A program made the translations under genes and the position numbers. From assembly GCF_963921235.1 (NCBI RefSeq), contig NC_086097.1, positions 204,602,001-204,666,000 on the forward strand: DNA of 64,000 nucleotides, in the 5' to 3' direction. Position 1 is the stretch's first letter. Each line of letters begins with the position of its first letter. This document shows, piece after piece, positions 1 to 10,666 of the stretch. This DNA comes from Mobula hypostoma (lineage: Eukaryota). The notes beneath the pieces are model-generated. The model was not told the origin of the DNA. It searched no databases and worked only from the letters and a program-made list of their open reading frames with translations.

Positions 1-1502
1 ACTCGTTAGATTCTGGACTAGTTCCTGAGGATTGGAGGGTGGCTAATGTAACCCCACTTTTTAAAAAAGGAGGGAGAGAGAAACCGGGGAATTATAGGCC
101 GGTTAGCCTAACGTCGGTGGTGGGGAAACTGCTGGAGTCAGTTATCAAGGATGTGATAACAGCACATTTGGAAAGCGGTGAAATGATCGGACAAAGTCAG
201 CATGGATTTGTGAAAGGAAAATCATGTCTGACGAATCTCATAGAATTTTTTGAGGATGTAACTAGTAGAGTGGATAGGGGAGAACCAGTGGATGTGGTAT
301 ATTTGGATTTTCAAAAGGCTTTTGACAAGGTCCCACATAGGAGATTAGTGTGCAAACTTAAAGCACACGGTATTGGGGGTAAGGTATTGGTGTGGGTGGA
401 GAATTGGTTAGCAGACAGGAAGCAAAGAGTGGGAATAAACGGGACCTTTTCAGAATGGCAGGCGGTGACTAGTGGGGTACCGCAAGGCTCAGTGCTGGGA
501 CCCCAGTTGTTTACAATATATATTAATGACTTGGATGAGGGAATTAAATGCAGCATCTCCAAGTTTGCGGATGACACGAAGCTGGGTGGCAGTGTTAGCA
601 GTGAGGAGGATGCTAAGAGGATGCAGGGTGACTTGGATAGGTTGGGTGAGTGGGCAAACTCATGGCAGATGCAATTTAATGTGGATAAATGTGAAGTTAT
701 CCACTTTGGTGGCAAAAATAGGAAAACAGATTATTATCTGAATGGTGGCCGATTAGGAAAAGGGGAGGTGCAACGAGACCTGGGTGTCATTATACACCAG
801 TCATTGAAAGTGGGTATGCAGGTACAGCAGGCGGTGAAAAAGGCGAACGGTATGCTGGCATTTATAGCGAGAGGATTCGAGTACAGGAGCAGGGAGGTAC
901 TACTGCAGTTGTACAAGGCCTTGGTGAGACCACACCTGGAGTATTGTGTGCAGTTTTGGTCCCCTAATCTGAGGAAAGACATCTTTGCCATAGAGGGAGT
1001 ACAAAGAAGGTTCACCAGATTGATTCCTGGGATGGCAGGTCTTTCATATGAAGAAAGACTGGATGAACTGGGCTTGTACTCGTTGGAATTTAGAAGATTG
1101 AGGGGGGATCTGATTGAAACGTATAAGATCCTAAAGGGATTGGACAGGCTAGATGCAGGAAGATTGTTCCCGATGTTGGGGAGGTCTAGAACGAGGGGTC
1201 ACAGTTTGAGGATAGAGGGGAAGCCTTTTAGGACCGAGGTTAGGAAAAACTTCTTCACACAGAGAGTGGTGAATCTGTGGAATTCTCTGCCACAGCAAAC
1301 TGTTGAGGCCAGTTCATTAGCTATGTTTAAAAGGAAGTTAGATATGGCCCTTGTGGCTACAGGGGTCAGGGGGTATGGAGGGAAGGCTGGGTTCTGAGTT
1401 GGATGATCAGCCATGATCATAATAAATGGCGGTGCAGGCTCGAAGGGCCGAATGGCCTACTCCTGCACCTATTTTCTATGTTTCTATGTTTCTATGTTTC
1501 TA
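1..1502 (+). mobile_element. Young CR1 LINE, 3' part with 3' UTR hairpin and (TTCTATGT)n tail
   Basis: Intact ORF2 end; GGTGCAGG (1431-1438) pairs with CCTGCACC (1462-1469); about three octamer repeats at ~1474-1502. Confidence 0.93.
3..1397 (+). CDS. CR1 LINE ORF2, reverse transcriptase and C-terminus (5'-partial; the frame is open from the window edge)
   Basis: Uninterrupted frame with non-LTR RT motifs NYRPVSLTS, QHGF, YLDFQKAFDKV, GVPQGSVLGP and KFADDTKL, plus the CR1 C-terminus RTRGHSL...FFTQRVVNLWNSLP. Confidence 0.95.
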   Translation, partial: SLDSGLVPEDWRVANVTPLFKKGGREKPGNYRPVSLTSVVGKLLESVIKDVITAHLESGEMIGQSQHGFVKGKSCLTNLIEFFEDVTSRVDRGEPVDVVYLDFQKAFDKVPHRRLVCKLKAHGIGGKVLVWVENWLADRKQRVGINGTFSEWQAVTSGVPQGSVLGPQLFTIYINDLDEGIKCSISKFADDTKLGGSVSSEEDAKRMQGDLDRLGEWANSWQMQFNVDKCEVIHFGGKNRKTDYYLNGGRLGKGEVQRDLGVIIHQSLKVGMQVQQAVKKANGMLAFIARGFEYRSREVLLQLYKALVRPHLEYCVQFWSPNLRKDIFAIEGVQRRFTRLIPGMAGLSYEERLDELGLYSLEFRRLRGDLIETYKILKGLDRLDAGRLFPMLGRSRTRGHSLRIEGKPFRTEVRKNFFTQRVVNLWNSLPQQTVEASSLAMFKRKLDMALVATGVRGYGGKAGF

Positions 1503-4465
1503 TAATATGATTGAATTCATACTGCAGGCTGAGAGGAAGTCAGATGTGTTCGTATCACAGTGCAATAAAAGGAATTACAGAGGCATGAGAGAGGACCTTG
1601 CCCGGGTGGATTGGAGGAGGATACTGGCGGGGATGACAGCAAAGCAGAGGTGGCTGAAGTTTCTGGAAATAGTTCACAGGCTACAGGACAGGTATGTCCC
1701 ACAGAGGAAGAAGTTCTCAAATCGCAGGGCTAGGCATCAGTGGATGACAAGGGAAGTTAAAGACTGCATAAAAGCCAAGGAAAGGGCATATAATATAACA
1801 AAAGTGAGTGGGAAGTTGAATAATTGGGAAGCTTTTAAAAGGCAACTAAAATAGCTAGAAGAAGGGAAAAGATAAAATATGAAGCAGGATAATATAAAGC
1901 AGGATACTAAATGTTTTCTCAGTTATGAGTAAAAGGGAGGTGAGAGTTGATATTGGACTACTGGAAAGTGATGCTGGTGAGGTAGTAATGGGGGACAAAG
2001 AAATGGCAGATGAACTTAATGGGTACCTTGCATCAGTCTTCACTGTGGAAAACATTAGTACTGTGCCAGAGGTCCGTGACTTTCAGGGAGCAGGAGAGAG
2101 TGCTATTGCGATTACAAAGGAAAAACTGCTAGGCAAACTCAAAAGTCTCAAAGTGGATAGGTCACCTGGACCAGATGGACTACATCCTACAGTCCTGAGA
2201 GAGGCTGCTGAAGAGATAATGATGCATTGGTCATGACATTTCAAGAATCACTTGATTCTGGCATGGTCCTGGAGGACTGGAAGTTTGCAAATGTCACTCC
2301 ACTCTTTAAGAAGGGAGGAAGGCAAAAGAAAATAAATTATAGGCCAGTTAGCCTAACCTCAGTGGTTGGGAAAGTGTTGGAGTCTATTATTAAGGATGAG
2401 GTTTCAGGGTACTAGGAGACTAATGTTACGAGAATACACATAAAATTAAGATGTTTGCTGGCCTGGGCTAGCATCAGTGGCATCAGCAGTTGGTCTGCCA
2501 CCTGCCCTCAGGGGAAGGAGAGATAAGGAACAATGGAGCAGCGTCTGGAGATGTGTAATGAAGGGATGTGGGAGGGAGAGCTGTCTGGAGCGGCTCCCCC
2601 CTTTGAACCCTGAACTGTTTGAAGTGATGGACAGGCGATACCCCAGCAGGGGGATAAAAAGGGACAGGTTCGCTAAGGCAGGACACACACGCCACCCGAG
2701 GTAACGAGACCCTGGAAGCGGTGCGCCTCTCAAGAGTGGGTGAGAAGCATCAGACAACGACAAGGGTGGAAAGGTACGATCAGCGGGAACCCGGTGTGTG
2801 TCCGCCCTTGCCTGGGTGCCGGGTTCACTGCAGAGGATCGACCGCATCTGGAGGAGGGGTCACAGTCGGTGACCTCAGGTGACATCACCAAGGACCCGCC
2901 CAAAAGTTGCTTGGGAGCCATCCCGCTGGTCTGTGAGTGAAGCCGTTCTGAATGATCAGTTGTTCCTGTTCTTTCTGTCTCTCTTCCCCCACCTTGTCCA
3001 TCGCCATGGCAACGATTACTGCGAATTGAACTACTAACTGGACTGAACTTTGAGTCATTTTGAAATTGGTCATTTACCCCTAGACAACGATAGAGCTTGA
3101 TTGATGCTGTTATCTTACTTCTGTGCACATGTGTGTTTATCATCACTGAACTGTTGCATTTATTATCCTTTCGATTACTGTGTTGCTTGTTTCTTTAATA
3201 AAACTTTCTTAGTTCTAGTACTCCAGACTCCAACTGAGTGATCCATTTCTGCTGGTTTGGCAACCCAGTTACGGGGTACGTAACACTAATGATAAAATAA
3301 GTCAAAGTCAGCATGGTTCTGAAAGGGAAATCTTGCTTGATAAATCTATTAGAGTTCTTCAAGGAAGTAACAAGCAGGGTGGACAAAGGAGAGGCAGTGG
3401 ATGTCTTTTACTTGGATTTTCAGAAGGCATTTGATAAGCTGCCACATGTGAGGATGCTTAACAAGATAAATTCCTATGGCGTTATAGAAAAGATACTGGC
3501 ATAGATAGCAGAATGGCTGACAGGTAGTAGGCAGTGTGGGAATAAAAGGGGCCTTCTCTGGTTGACTGCCAGTGACTAGTGGTATTCTTCAGGGGTCAGT
3601 ATTGGGACCACTACTTTTCACATTGTTTGTCAATGATTTGGATAATGGAATAGATCGCTTTGTGGCAAAGTTTGCGGATGATACAAAGATAGGTGAGATT
3701 ACAGCAGGACTCAGACAAATTGGAAAAATGGGCAAAAAGGTGGCAGATGGAATACAATGTTGGGAAATGTATGATAATACATTTTGGTAAAAAGAACAAT
3801 AGTGCAGACTATTATCTAAATGGGGAGAAGTTCAAACATCAGAGGTGCAGAGGGACTCAGGAGTCCTCGTGCAAGACTCCAAGAAGGTTAATTTACAGGT
3901 CGAGTCTGTGGTAAAGAAGGTAAATGCAATATTTCATTTATTTCAAGGGGAATAGAGTATAAAAGCAAGGAGATAATGCTGAGGATTTATAAGACATTGG
4001 TCAGGTTGCACTCGGAATATTGTCAACCATTTTGGGCTCCATATCTCAGAAAGGATGTATTGTCATTGGAAAAAGTCCAGAGGAGGTTCATGAGGATTAT
4101 TCCAGGAATGAAGGGGTTTAACACATGAGGAGTGTTTGGTGGCTTTGGTTCTGTATTCACTGGAATTTAGAAGAATGCAAAGGAATTTCATTGAAAACTA
4201 CTAAATTTTGAAAGGATTAGATAGGGTGGATGTAGATGTTTCCCATGGTGAGAGTATCAAGAACTAGAGGGCACAGCCTCAAAGTTGAGGGGCAACCTTT
4301 TAGAACAGAGGTAAAGAGGAAATTTCATAGCCAGAGAGTAGTGAATCTATGAAATGCTCTGCCACAGACTGCGATGGAGGCCATGTCCATGGGTATATTT
4401 AAGTCGGAAGTTAAATGAATGGCCTAATTCTGCTCCTATGTATTATGGTCTTTTGGTCTTGTGGT
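1503..4465 (+). mobile_element. Older degenerate CR1 LINE (end of endonuclease through RT to 3' end), split by a solo LTR
   Basis: Frameshifted ORF2 pieces (NMIEF, SPGPDGLHP, NYRPVSLTS, YLDFQKAFDK, KFADDTK); tatggtctt-type tail at ~4444-4465; sequence reads continuously across the 2424-3285 insertion. Confidence 0.9.
2424..3285 (+). mobile_element. Solo LTR, 862 bp (Gypsy- or ERV-type)
   Basis: TGTTACG...CGTAACA inverted termini; 4-bp TSD CTAA at 2420-2423 and 3286-3289; GATAAAAA at 2653; AATAAA at 3197-3202; removing it restores CR1 codons ETNDKISQSQHG. Confidence 0.88.
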
Positions 4466-4685
4466 CCTCTGTAAGAAAGTTTGTACATTCTTCCCATGTG
4501 TGCATGGGTTTTCTTCAGGTACTCCAGTTTCCTCTCACAGTCCAAAGGTGTACCAGTTAGTAGGTTTGTAGATCATTGTAACTTGATCTGTAATTAGGCT
4601 AGTATTAAATTGGTGGACTGCTGGGCGGTATGGCTCAGGGGTCCTGTAGGGCCTGTTCCATGCCGTATCACTAATTAAAATAAAT
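4466..4685 (+). mobile_element. V-SINE (HE1-like), 5'-truncated
   Basis: V-domain-like core tttgtacattcttcccatgtgtgcatgggttttcttcaggtactccagtttcctctcacagtccaaag; CR1-like 3' tail gggcctgttccatgccgtatc; A-rich end. Confidence 0.7.
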
Positions 4686-4708
4686 TACAATAAATTGATA
4701 CAGGTGGA

Positions 4709-4878
4709 ATCACAAAGATGAGAACATCTGCAGATGCTGGAAATGCAAGCAAAACACACAAAATTCTGTGGGAAATTCAGCAAGCCAGGCAGCATATACA
4801 GAAAGGCGTAAACAGTTGATGTATCAGGCCGAGACCCTTCTTCAGGACTCATCATGAGTTCCTCTAGCATTTTAGGTG
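4709..4878 (-). mobile_element. Short Neptune-like PLE terminus with a short inverted arm; decayed hammerhead at 4813-4850
   Basis: 13-bp direct repeat TGATACAGGTGGA at 4696-4708 and 4879-4891; homologous to the terminus at 10667; GAAA mutated to GATA. Confidence 0.75.
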
Positions 4879-5421
4879 TGATACAGGTGGAGTTATTATC
4901 AAGTGAATATGGAATACGAATTCCCTGCCTATGTACATATCCACGTGTCACAGAAATATAATTTCATTTCAAGAAGGTCTCGGGATCAGAAATACTCAGT
5001 ATCTTCAAGAAACATTTGCAATTTGAGCAGATAACATTCAACACAGATCTACAATTTATTTCCAGCTGATTTCCATCAGGACAGTGCACCAATTATCCAC
5101 TCTGCTGCAAGGTTAGTTAGAACAATACACCTGCTTCCTGGCCACTTTTGTGTTGCTTGCCTGTAGAGAAAGAAATCAAATGACTTAATTCATTTGTTTA
5201 AATCCTCAGTAGCTTACTTTCATTGCTGGCTTGATTTTGCTTCCATCTGACAGCCACCCACACACAATACAAAGGAATATCCTAATTGCAGCGCAGTGTG
5301 TAGAGTCTGAGAGCTTGTAATGCACACAAGCAGAGCAAAAGACTGCATGCCGTGGGATAAGGATCAATCTTTCCTTTAAATTTTGCCTTGTTCTCAATCA
5401 AACTATGACTGACCCATGCAG

Positions 5422-5860
5422 ACAAAAATAACTGCATATGCTGATATCTGCAGCGAAAAAAAAGCTGCTGGAGGAACTCAACTGGTCAGGCAGCATCTGT
5501 TGAGGAAGATAGATATTCAAAGTCTTGGACCGAGACCTTTCAACTGGACTGAGAGTTGATGGGAGATTGTAAGTATAAAGAGGTGAGAGGGATAGATAGG
5601 GCAAGTGCTGGCAAGTGATGGGTGTATACAGAGGAGAGGGTGATTTGCAGATGGAGGCAGGTGGGAGAGGAAAGGTTGGAAGAGGGACATAGACTAGGAG
5701 GTGATCGGTGGAGACACACAGTTGCAGGTTGAGAAAAGAAAAGGAAGATGAACAGGAATTCAACAAGAGAGGTATCTTGGGCAGATGGGAACAGTGAGGA
5801 AAAGCGAAACAAATGGGAGGGGTGTGTGGGTGATGGACGGATGTAGGTGTGGGTGGAGAA
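5422..5860 (-). mobile_element. Degenerate Neptune-like PLE 3' region
   Basis: gctgctggaggaactcaactggtcaggcagcatctg...gaccgagacctttc matches the PLE terminus; followed by the purine-rich tract also seen at 10840-11100. Confidence 0.65.
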
Positions 5861-6780
5861 AGAACATAGAACTTTACAGCACAGAACTTCTGCCCAACAT
5901 ATTATGCTAACTTAGCAACCTGCTGCAAGATCAATCTAATCCTTCCCTCCCACATAGCCCTCCATTTTCTTTCAGCCATAAGGATCACTTCACTGTCCCT
6001 AATATATCTGCATCTACCATGATCCTTGACAGTGCATTCCAGGCATCCACAACTCTCTGTGAAAAAAAAACTTACTTATGACACCCCCCCTGAACTTTTC
6101 TCCAGTTATCTTAAACTTATGCTTTGTTGTGTTAGCTATTGGCACCCTGGGGAAAAATACACTAGCTGTCCACTATATTTATGCCTATTATTGCCTTATA
6201 CACCTCCATCAAGTCACTTCTCATCTCTCTTTGCTCCAAAGACAAAAGCCCAACCTTTCCTCAAAAGACATGCTCCCTAACCCATGCACCGTCCTGATAA
6301 ATCTCCCCTTTCTAAAGCTTCCACTTTCTTCCTATATTGAGATGATCAGAACTGAATACAATATTCCAAGTATGGTCAAACCATTATTTTATAGAGCTGC
6401 AAATTATCTCACAGCTCTCAACCATATTCCCGAACTAATGAAGTGCAACACACAATTTGCCTTCTTAACCACCCTATCAACTTGCATGGCAACTTTGAGG
6501 GATTTATAGTCGTGGATCTCAAGATCTCTCTGTTCCCCCACATGGCTAAGAAAACTGCCATTAACTTCATATTCTACCTTCAAATTCAGCCTTCTATAGT
6601 GTATCACATCATGTTTTTTCTGGATTGAACTCCATCTGCCACTTCTCAGCCCAGATTTACACACTCTCTATGTGCCATTGTAACCTAAACAACCTTGTAT
6701 ACTGTTCACTACACTACCAACCTTTGTATCATCTTCAAGCTTACTAACTCATCTTCGACTTCCTCATCTGAGTCATTTAT
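5861..6780 (-). mobile_element. Degenerate CR1 LINE 3' fragment
   Basis: agaacatagaac tail at 5861; minus-strand peptide EQRDLEIHDYKSLKVAMQVDRVVKKA. Confidence 0.8.
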
Positions 6781-6785
6781 AAATA

Positions 6786-7970
6786 CAGAGTCCCAAAGAA
6801 GCACTTAGCCCCCACAACTATTTTTACATTTTACTGACTCATTTTCTAAATTTAAAATATATTGAAGGAGGATTTTTGAGCCAATATACAAAACATTGTG
6901 CAACATGTCAAATCAAAAGAAAAATTCCAAAACCCATCAAAAATTTACTAAAAATTAACAACCAAAATTGTGAGGTTGAAAAAATAATGATCCCCTTTGT
7001 AATTACTGTGCTAACTTTCTCAGCTGCAATACTGTACATTACCTTACCAATTTGCTGATGTAGAAAATTACAGGATCACAGGAATAAATAGCCGCCCTCT
7101 CTGTAAGGTCCAACAGTATGGTAGATTTTCAACAGACTAAACCAAAATAAAGACAAAAGACCATTCAGGACAAGTCAGTGAAATGATAATAGAGAGGCAC
7201 AATTCTGGGGAAGGGTACAAGATCAACTCAAAGGCACTGAACATATCTTGGAACTCAATGCAGGCCACTGTGAAAAAGTGGAAAACAGGAAACCACAGAC
7301 ACACTTTCTTAGTCAGGCTGCCCCCCTAAACCTAGTTACCAGGGAAGAATGGCACTGGAAAGACTGGCTACTGTGACACCAACTGTCACTCTGAGTGGCT
7401 GCAACTGGAGATGAAGTTCATGGCTCCACTTTCTCTAAAGCCTTGCCAAAAAGGGGTGTTTATGTAAGAGTAGCAAGGAAGAAGCCCTGGCTTAAAAAAA
7501 ACAGCATATTCTTGCCTTTAAAGACTTTGCAAAGTGTCACATAGAAAATACTGCAAAGATGTGGAAGAAGGTCAGAGGATGGTGAACTTTAGCCAGAGGG
7601 TGGTGAATCTATGGAATTTGTTGCCATGGGCGGCAGTGGAGGCCAAGTCATTGGGTATATTTAAGGCAGAGATTGATAGGTATCTGAGTAGCCAGGGCAT
7701 CAAAGGTTATGGTGAGAAGGTGGGGGAGTGGGACTAAATGGGAGAGTGGATCAGCTCATGATAAAATGTCAGAGCAGACTTGATGGGCCGAATGGCCAAC
7801 TTCTGCTCCTTTGTCTTATGCTCTTATGGTCTAAGGTCTTGTGTTTGGATGTGACTAAAGTGGAACTGTTTTGGCCTCAACACGAGGCAGTTCATGTGGC
7901 ATAAATCTAATAACTTGGTGCAGTTAGCATCATTCTATGGGTATGCTTTTCAGCAGCAGGGACTGGAAAT
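6786..7970 (+). mobile_element. Tc1-like DNA transposon remnant (left end and transposase pseudogene)
   Basis: Starts TA|CAG; from ~7147 reads KTKDHSGQVSEMIIERHNSGEGYK..KALNISW, then ..WKKVLCLDVTKVELF (WKKVLWSDETK motif) and SIILWVCFSAAGTG. Confidence 0.8.
7574..7832 (+). mobile_element. CR1 3'-end fragment inserted into the Tc1 transposase
   Basis: FSQRVVNLWNLLP peptide, CR1 3' UTR and tail; TSD AAGGTC at 7568-7573 and 7833-7838. Confidence 0.88.
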
Positions 7971-10345
7971 CTGCTCCCTGAACAACCTCCACATTTCTGT
8001 TTTATATATCCCCGAGTATGCTATTACAAATATATGCTCCATAGTAGCGTCCTGCATAGGTTCCTGCATAGTAGCGTCATTACTTGCCCTCCCCCAATCA
8101 CAGTACATACATACTTTCCTGTACCATCTACTCCCTTCCCTGCCCAAGGCTATGCTAAAGGTCAGGGAGTTATGGTCACTGCCTGAAGTACTCACCCACA
8201 GATCTGTAACCTGACTAGTTCATTACCTGGTACTAGATCCAGTCTGGGTTCTTCTCTAGTTGGCCTGTGCATACCTAACAAATTCAGTTCCATTTAAACT
8301 TTTTTCACTCAGGAGTTGCCAATCAATATTTGGGAAGTTGAAATCACCCATGTCAACAACCGTGTTATTTTTGCATCTTTGCAAAATCTGCCTCCCACTC
8401 AGTTTCTATGTGTCTGTTGCTGTTGGAGGGCCTGTGGAATACTCCCAAAAGGTTGATTGATCCCTTCCTGTTTCTGACTTCCACTCACATGGACTTGAAA
8501 GACAATCCTCCATGATTTCATCCCTTTCTGCAGCTGTGATACTATTGTGTCACAGCATATAGTACTAATGGTAAGACTCTTGGCAGTGTGGAGGATCAGA
8601 GGGATCTTGGTTTCCGAGTCCATAGGAGACTCAAAGCTGCTGTGCAGGTTGACTCTGTGGTTAAGATGGCATATGGTCATTGGCCTTCATCAATCGTGGA
8701 ATTGAGTCTAGGAGCCGAGAAAGGGATATGGGGAGAAGGCAGGAACGAGGTGCTGATTGTGGATGATCAGCCATGATCACAGTGAATGGCGGTGCTGGCT
8801 CGAAGGGCTGAATGGCCTACTCCTGCACCTATTGTCTATTGTCTATTGATACAGCTATACAGGTCAGACACCACTTGGAGTACTGTGCTCAGTTTTGGTC
8901 GTCTCACTACAGGAAGGATGTAGAAACCATAGAAAGGGTGCAGAGGAGATTTACAAGGATGTTGCCTGGATTGGGGGGCATGCCTTATGAGAATGGGTTG
9001 AGTGAACTCGGTTTTTTCTCCTTGGAGCGACGGAGGATGAGAGGTGACCTGTTAGAGGTGTACAAGATGATGAGAGGCATTGATCATGTGGATAGTCAGA
9101 GTCTTTTTCCCAGGGCTGAAATGGCTAGCGTGAGAGGGCACAGTTTTAAGGTGCTTGGAAATAGGTACAGATGAGATGTCAGGGGCAAGTTTTTTATGCA
9201 GAGAGTGGTGAGTGCGTGGGCTGCTGGCGACGGTGGTGGAGGTAGATACGATAGGGTCTTTTAAGAGACTCCTGGATAGGTACATGGAGCTTAGAAAAAT
9301 AGAGGGCTATGGGTAACCCTAGGTAATTTCTAAGGTAAGGACATATTCGGCAGAGCTTTGTGGGCTGAAGGGCCTGTATTGTGCTGTAGGTTTTCTATGT
9401 TTCTCTTCACTGCTTACCATTCCTCACAGTCTCCCTACATGCTGCATCTTCCTGTATACCAAAAGCCCCATCCTCTGCTCTATCACTCTGGTTACTATAC
9501 CCCTACCAACTGAGTTTAAACTCTTCCCAACAGTTCTAGCAATCCTGCATGTGGAGATATTGGTCCCCCTTGAGTTTGGGATAACCCGTACCTTTTTTAT
9601 AGATGACATTTTCCCCAATGATCCAGTGTTCTGAAACACTGGCCCCGCACCAATTCTTCAGCCATACATTCATCTGTCTTATCGTCCTATTCTTCCCCTC
9701 ACTGGCATGTGGCATAAGCTCCAATCCGAAGATTATTTACCTTGCGGTACTGCTCTTTAACTTCCACTATATTAACTATATTCCCTGTATTAACTATTCA
9801 GGAGCTCATCCCTTTGTCTGCCTATGTCACTAGTACCAATGTGTTCCATGCTCTCTCTCTCCCTTAGGAATTCTGTTCACCCAGTCTGACCCTGGCACCC
9901 AGTACCATAACCTTTGAGAGTTTCTTTCACATCCACAGAATTTCATCAATGTTCAATAAACTGTTGAATTCTTTATCACCATCGCTCTCCTTTTTGTCCA
10001 CCCACCACTTTCCTAAGCCACAGGACCAGACAGTGCCAGAGACCTGGTTCCTGCAGCTTTCCACTGGTAGCTTGCCTCACGTCCCCAGCAGTATCCAAAG
10101 TGGTATACTTGTTATTGAGGGGAATAGCCACAGGAGTACTCTGCACTGTCTTCTTATTACTGTCCCCAGCTACCTGCCTCCTACAACTCCCTGTAGCTCC
10201 TATCTATCAACTCCTCATTCTCCTGAATGATCCATAGGTCATCCAGCTGGGACCCCAGCTCCAACTCCAGTTCCTTAATATAGTCTATAGGAGCTGTACC
10301 CAGATGCACTTCTTGCAAACGTCGCCATCAGGGACACTGGAGGTG
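7971..10345 (-). mobile_element. Degenerate CR1 5' half (ORF1 esterase and endonuclease), interrupted by a plus-strand CR1
   Basis: GDFNFPNIDW (~8320-8350) and GSDHNSLTF endonuclease motifs; ORF1 SGNH-like ..PHASEGKNRTIRQMNVWLKNWC at 9536-9724. Confidence 0.75.
8555..9404 (+). mobile_element. CR1 3' fragment containing a nested second CR1 3' UTR (~8718-8848)
   Basis: RHHLEYCAQFWS...RRMRGDLLEVYK peptide; ttttctatgtttct tail; nested UTR ending ctattgtctattgtctattg. Confidence 0.85.
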
Positions 10346-10666
10346 AAGCAGCATTGGCTCCTGGGATAAGGCAAATATCTTAATAGCACTATTTATGGGC
10401 AAGAGTAGAAGAATTACTTTTCCAGGCTTCCTGTCTTTACTCAAGAACCTTAGAGATGGGGTTTGTACAAGAGGATCCATTCTTGCTGCTCTACTAGCAC
10501 AATAATAAAGAAGGAAAGTGAAAGTTGACAAAAACCTCAACCTCGATTCTGTTTCATCTTGCCAAAGCCTCAGTTTCCAAATCTAACCCTATCCCACTTC
10601 AACAATGGCCACTCTGCTGAATTATAACTTTTATTTTATTCACCCTTGCTAATTGCCAAACTACCT

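Noticed and set aside
311..1420. Antisense and alternative-frame ORFs over CR1 (and most other short ORFs in the track)
   Set aside because: These are shadow frames of transposon sequence or chance ORFs, with no independent evidence.
5131..5246. Possible minus-strand micro-exons (donor AAA|GTAAGC at 5217; acceptor TTTCTTTCTCTACAG at 5161)
   Set aside because: The implied intron is only 57 nt, the peptides are unrecognisable and there is no supporting exon chain.
5512..5552. Hammerhead remnant (likewise ~37225-37250 and ~49670-49705)
   Set aside because: Core nucleotides are mutated; these are positional homologues only.
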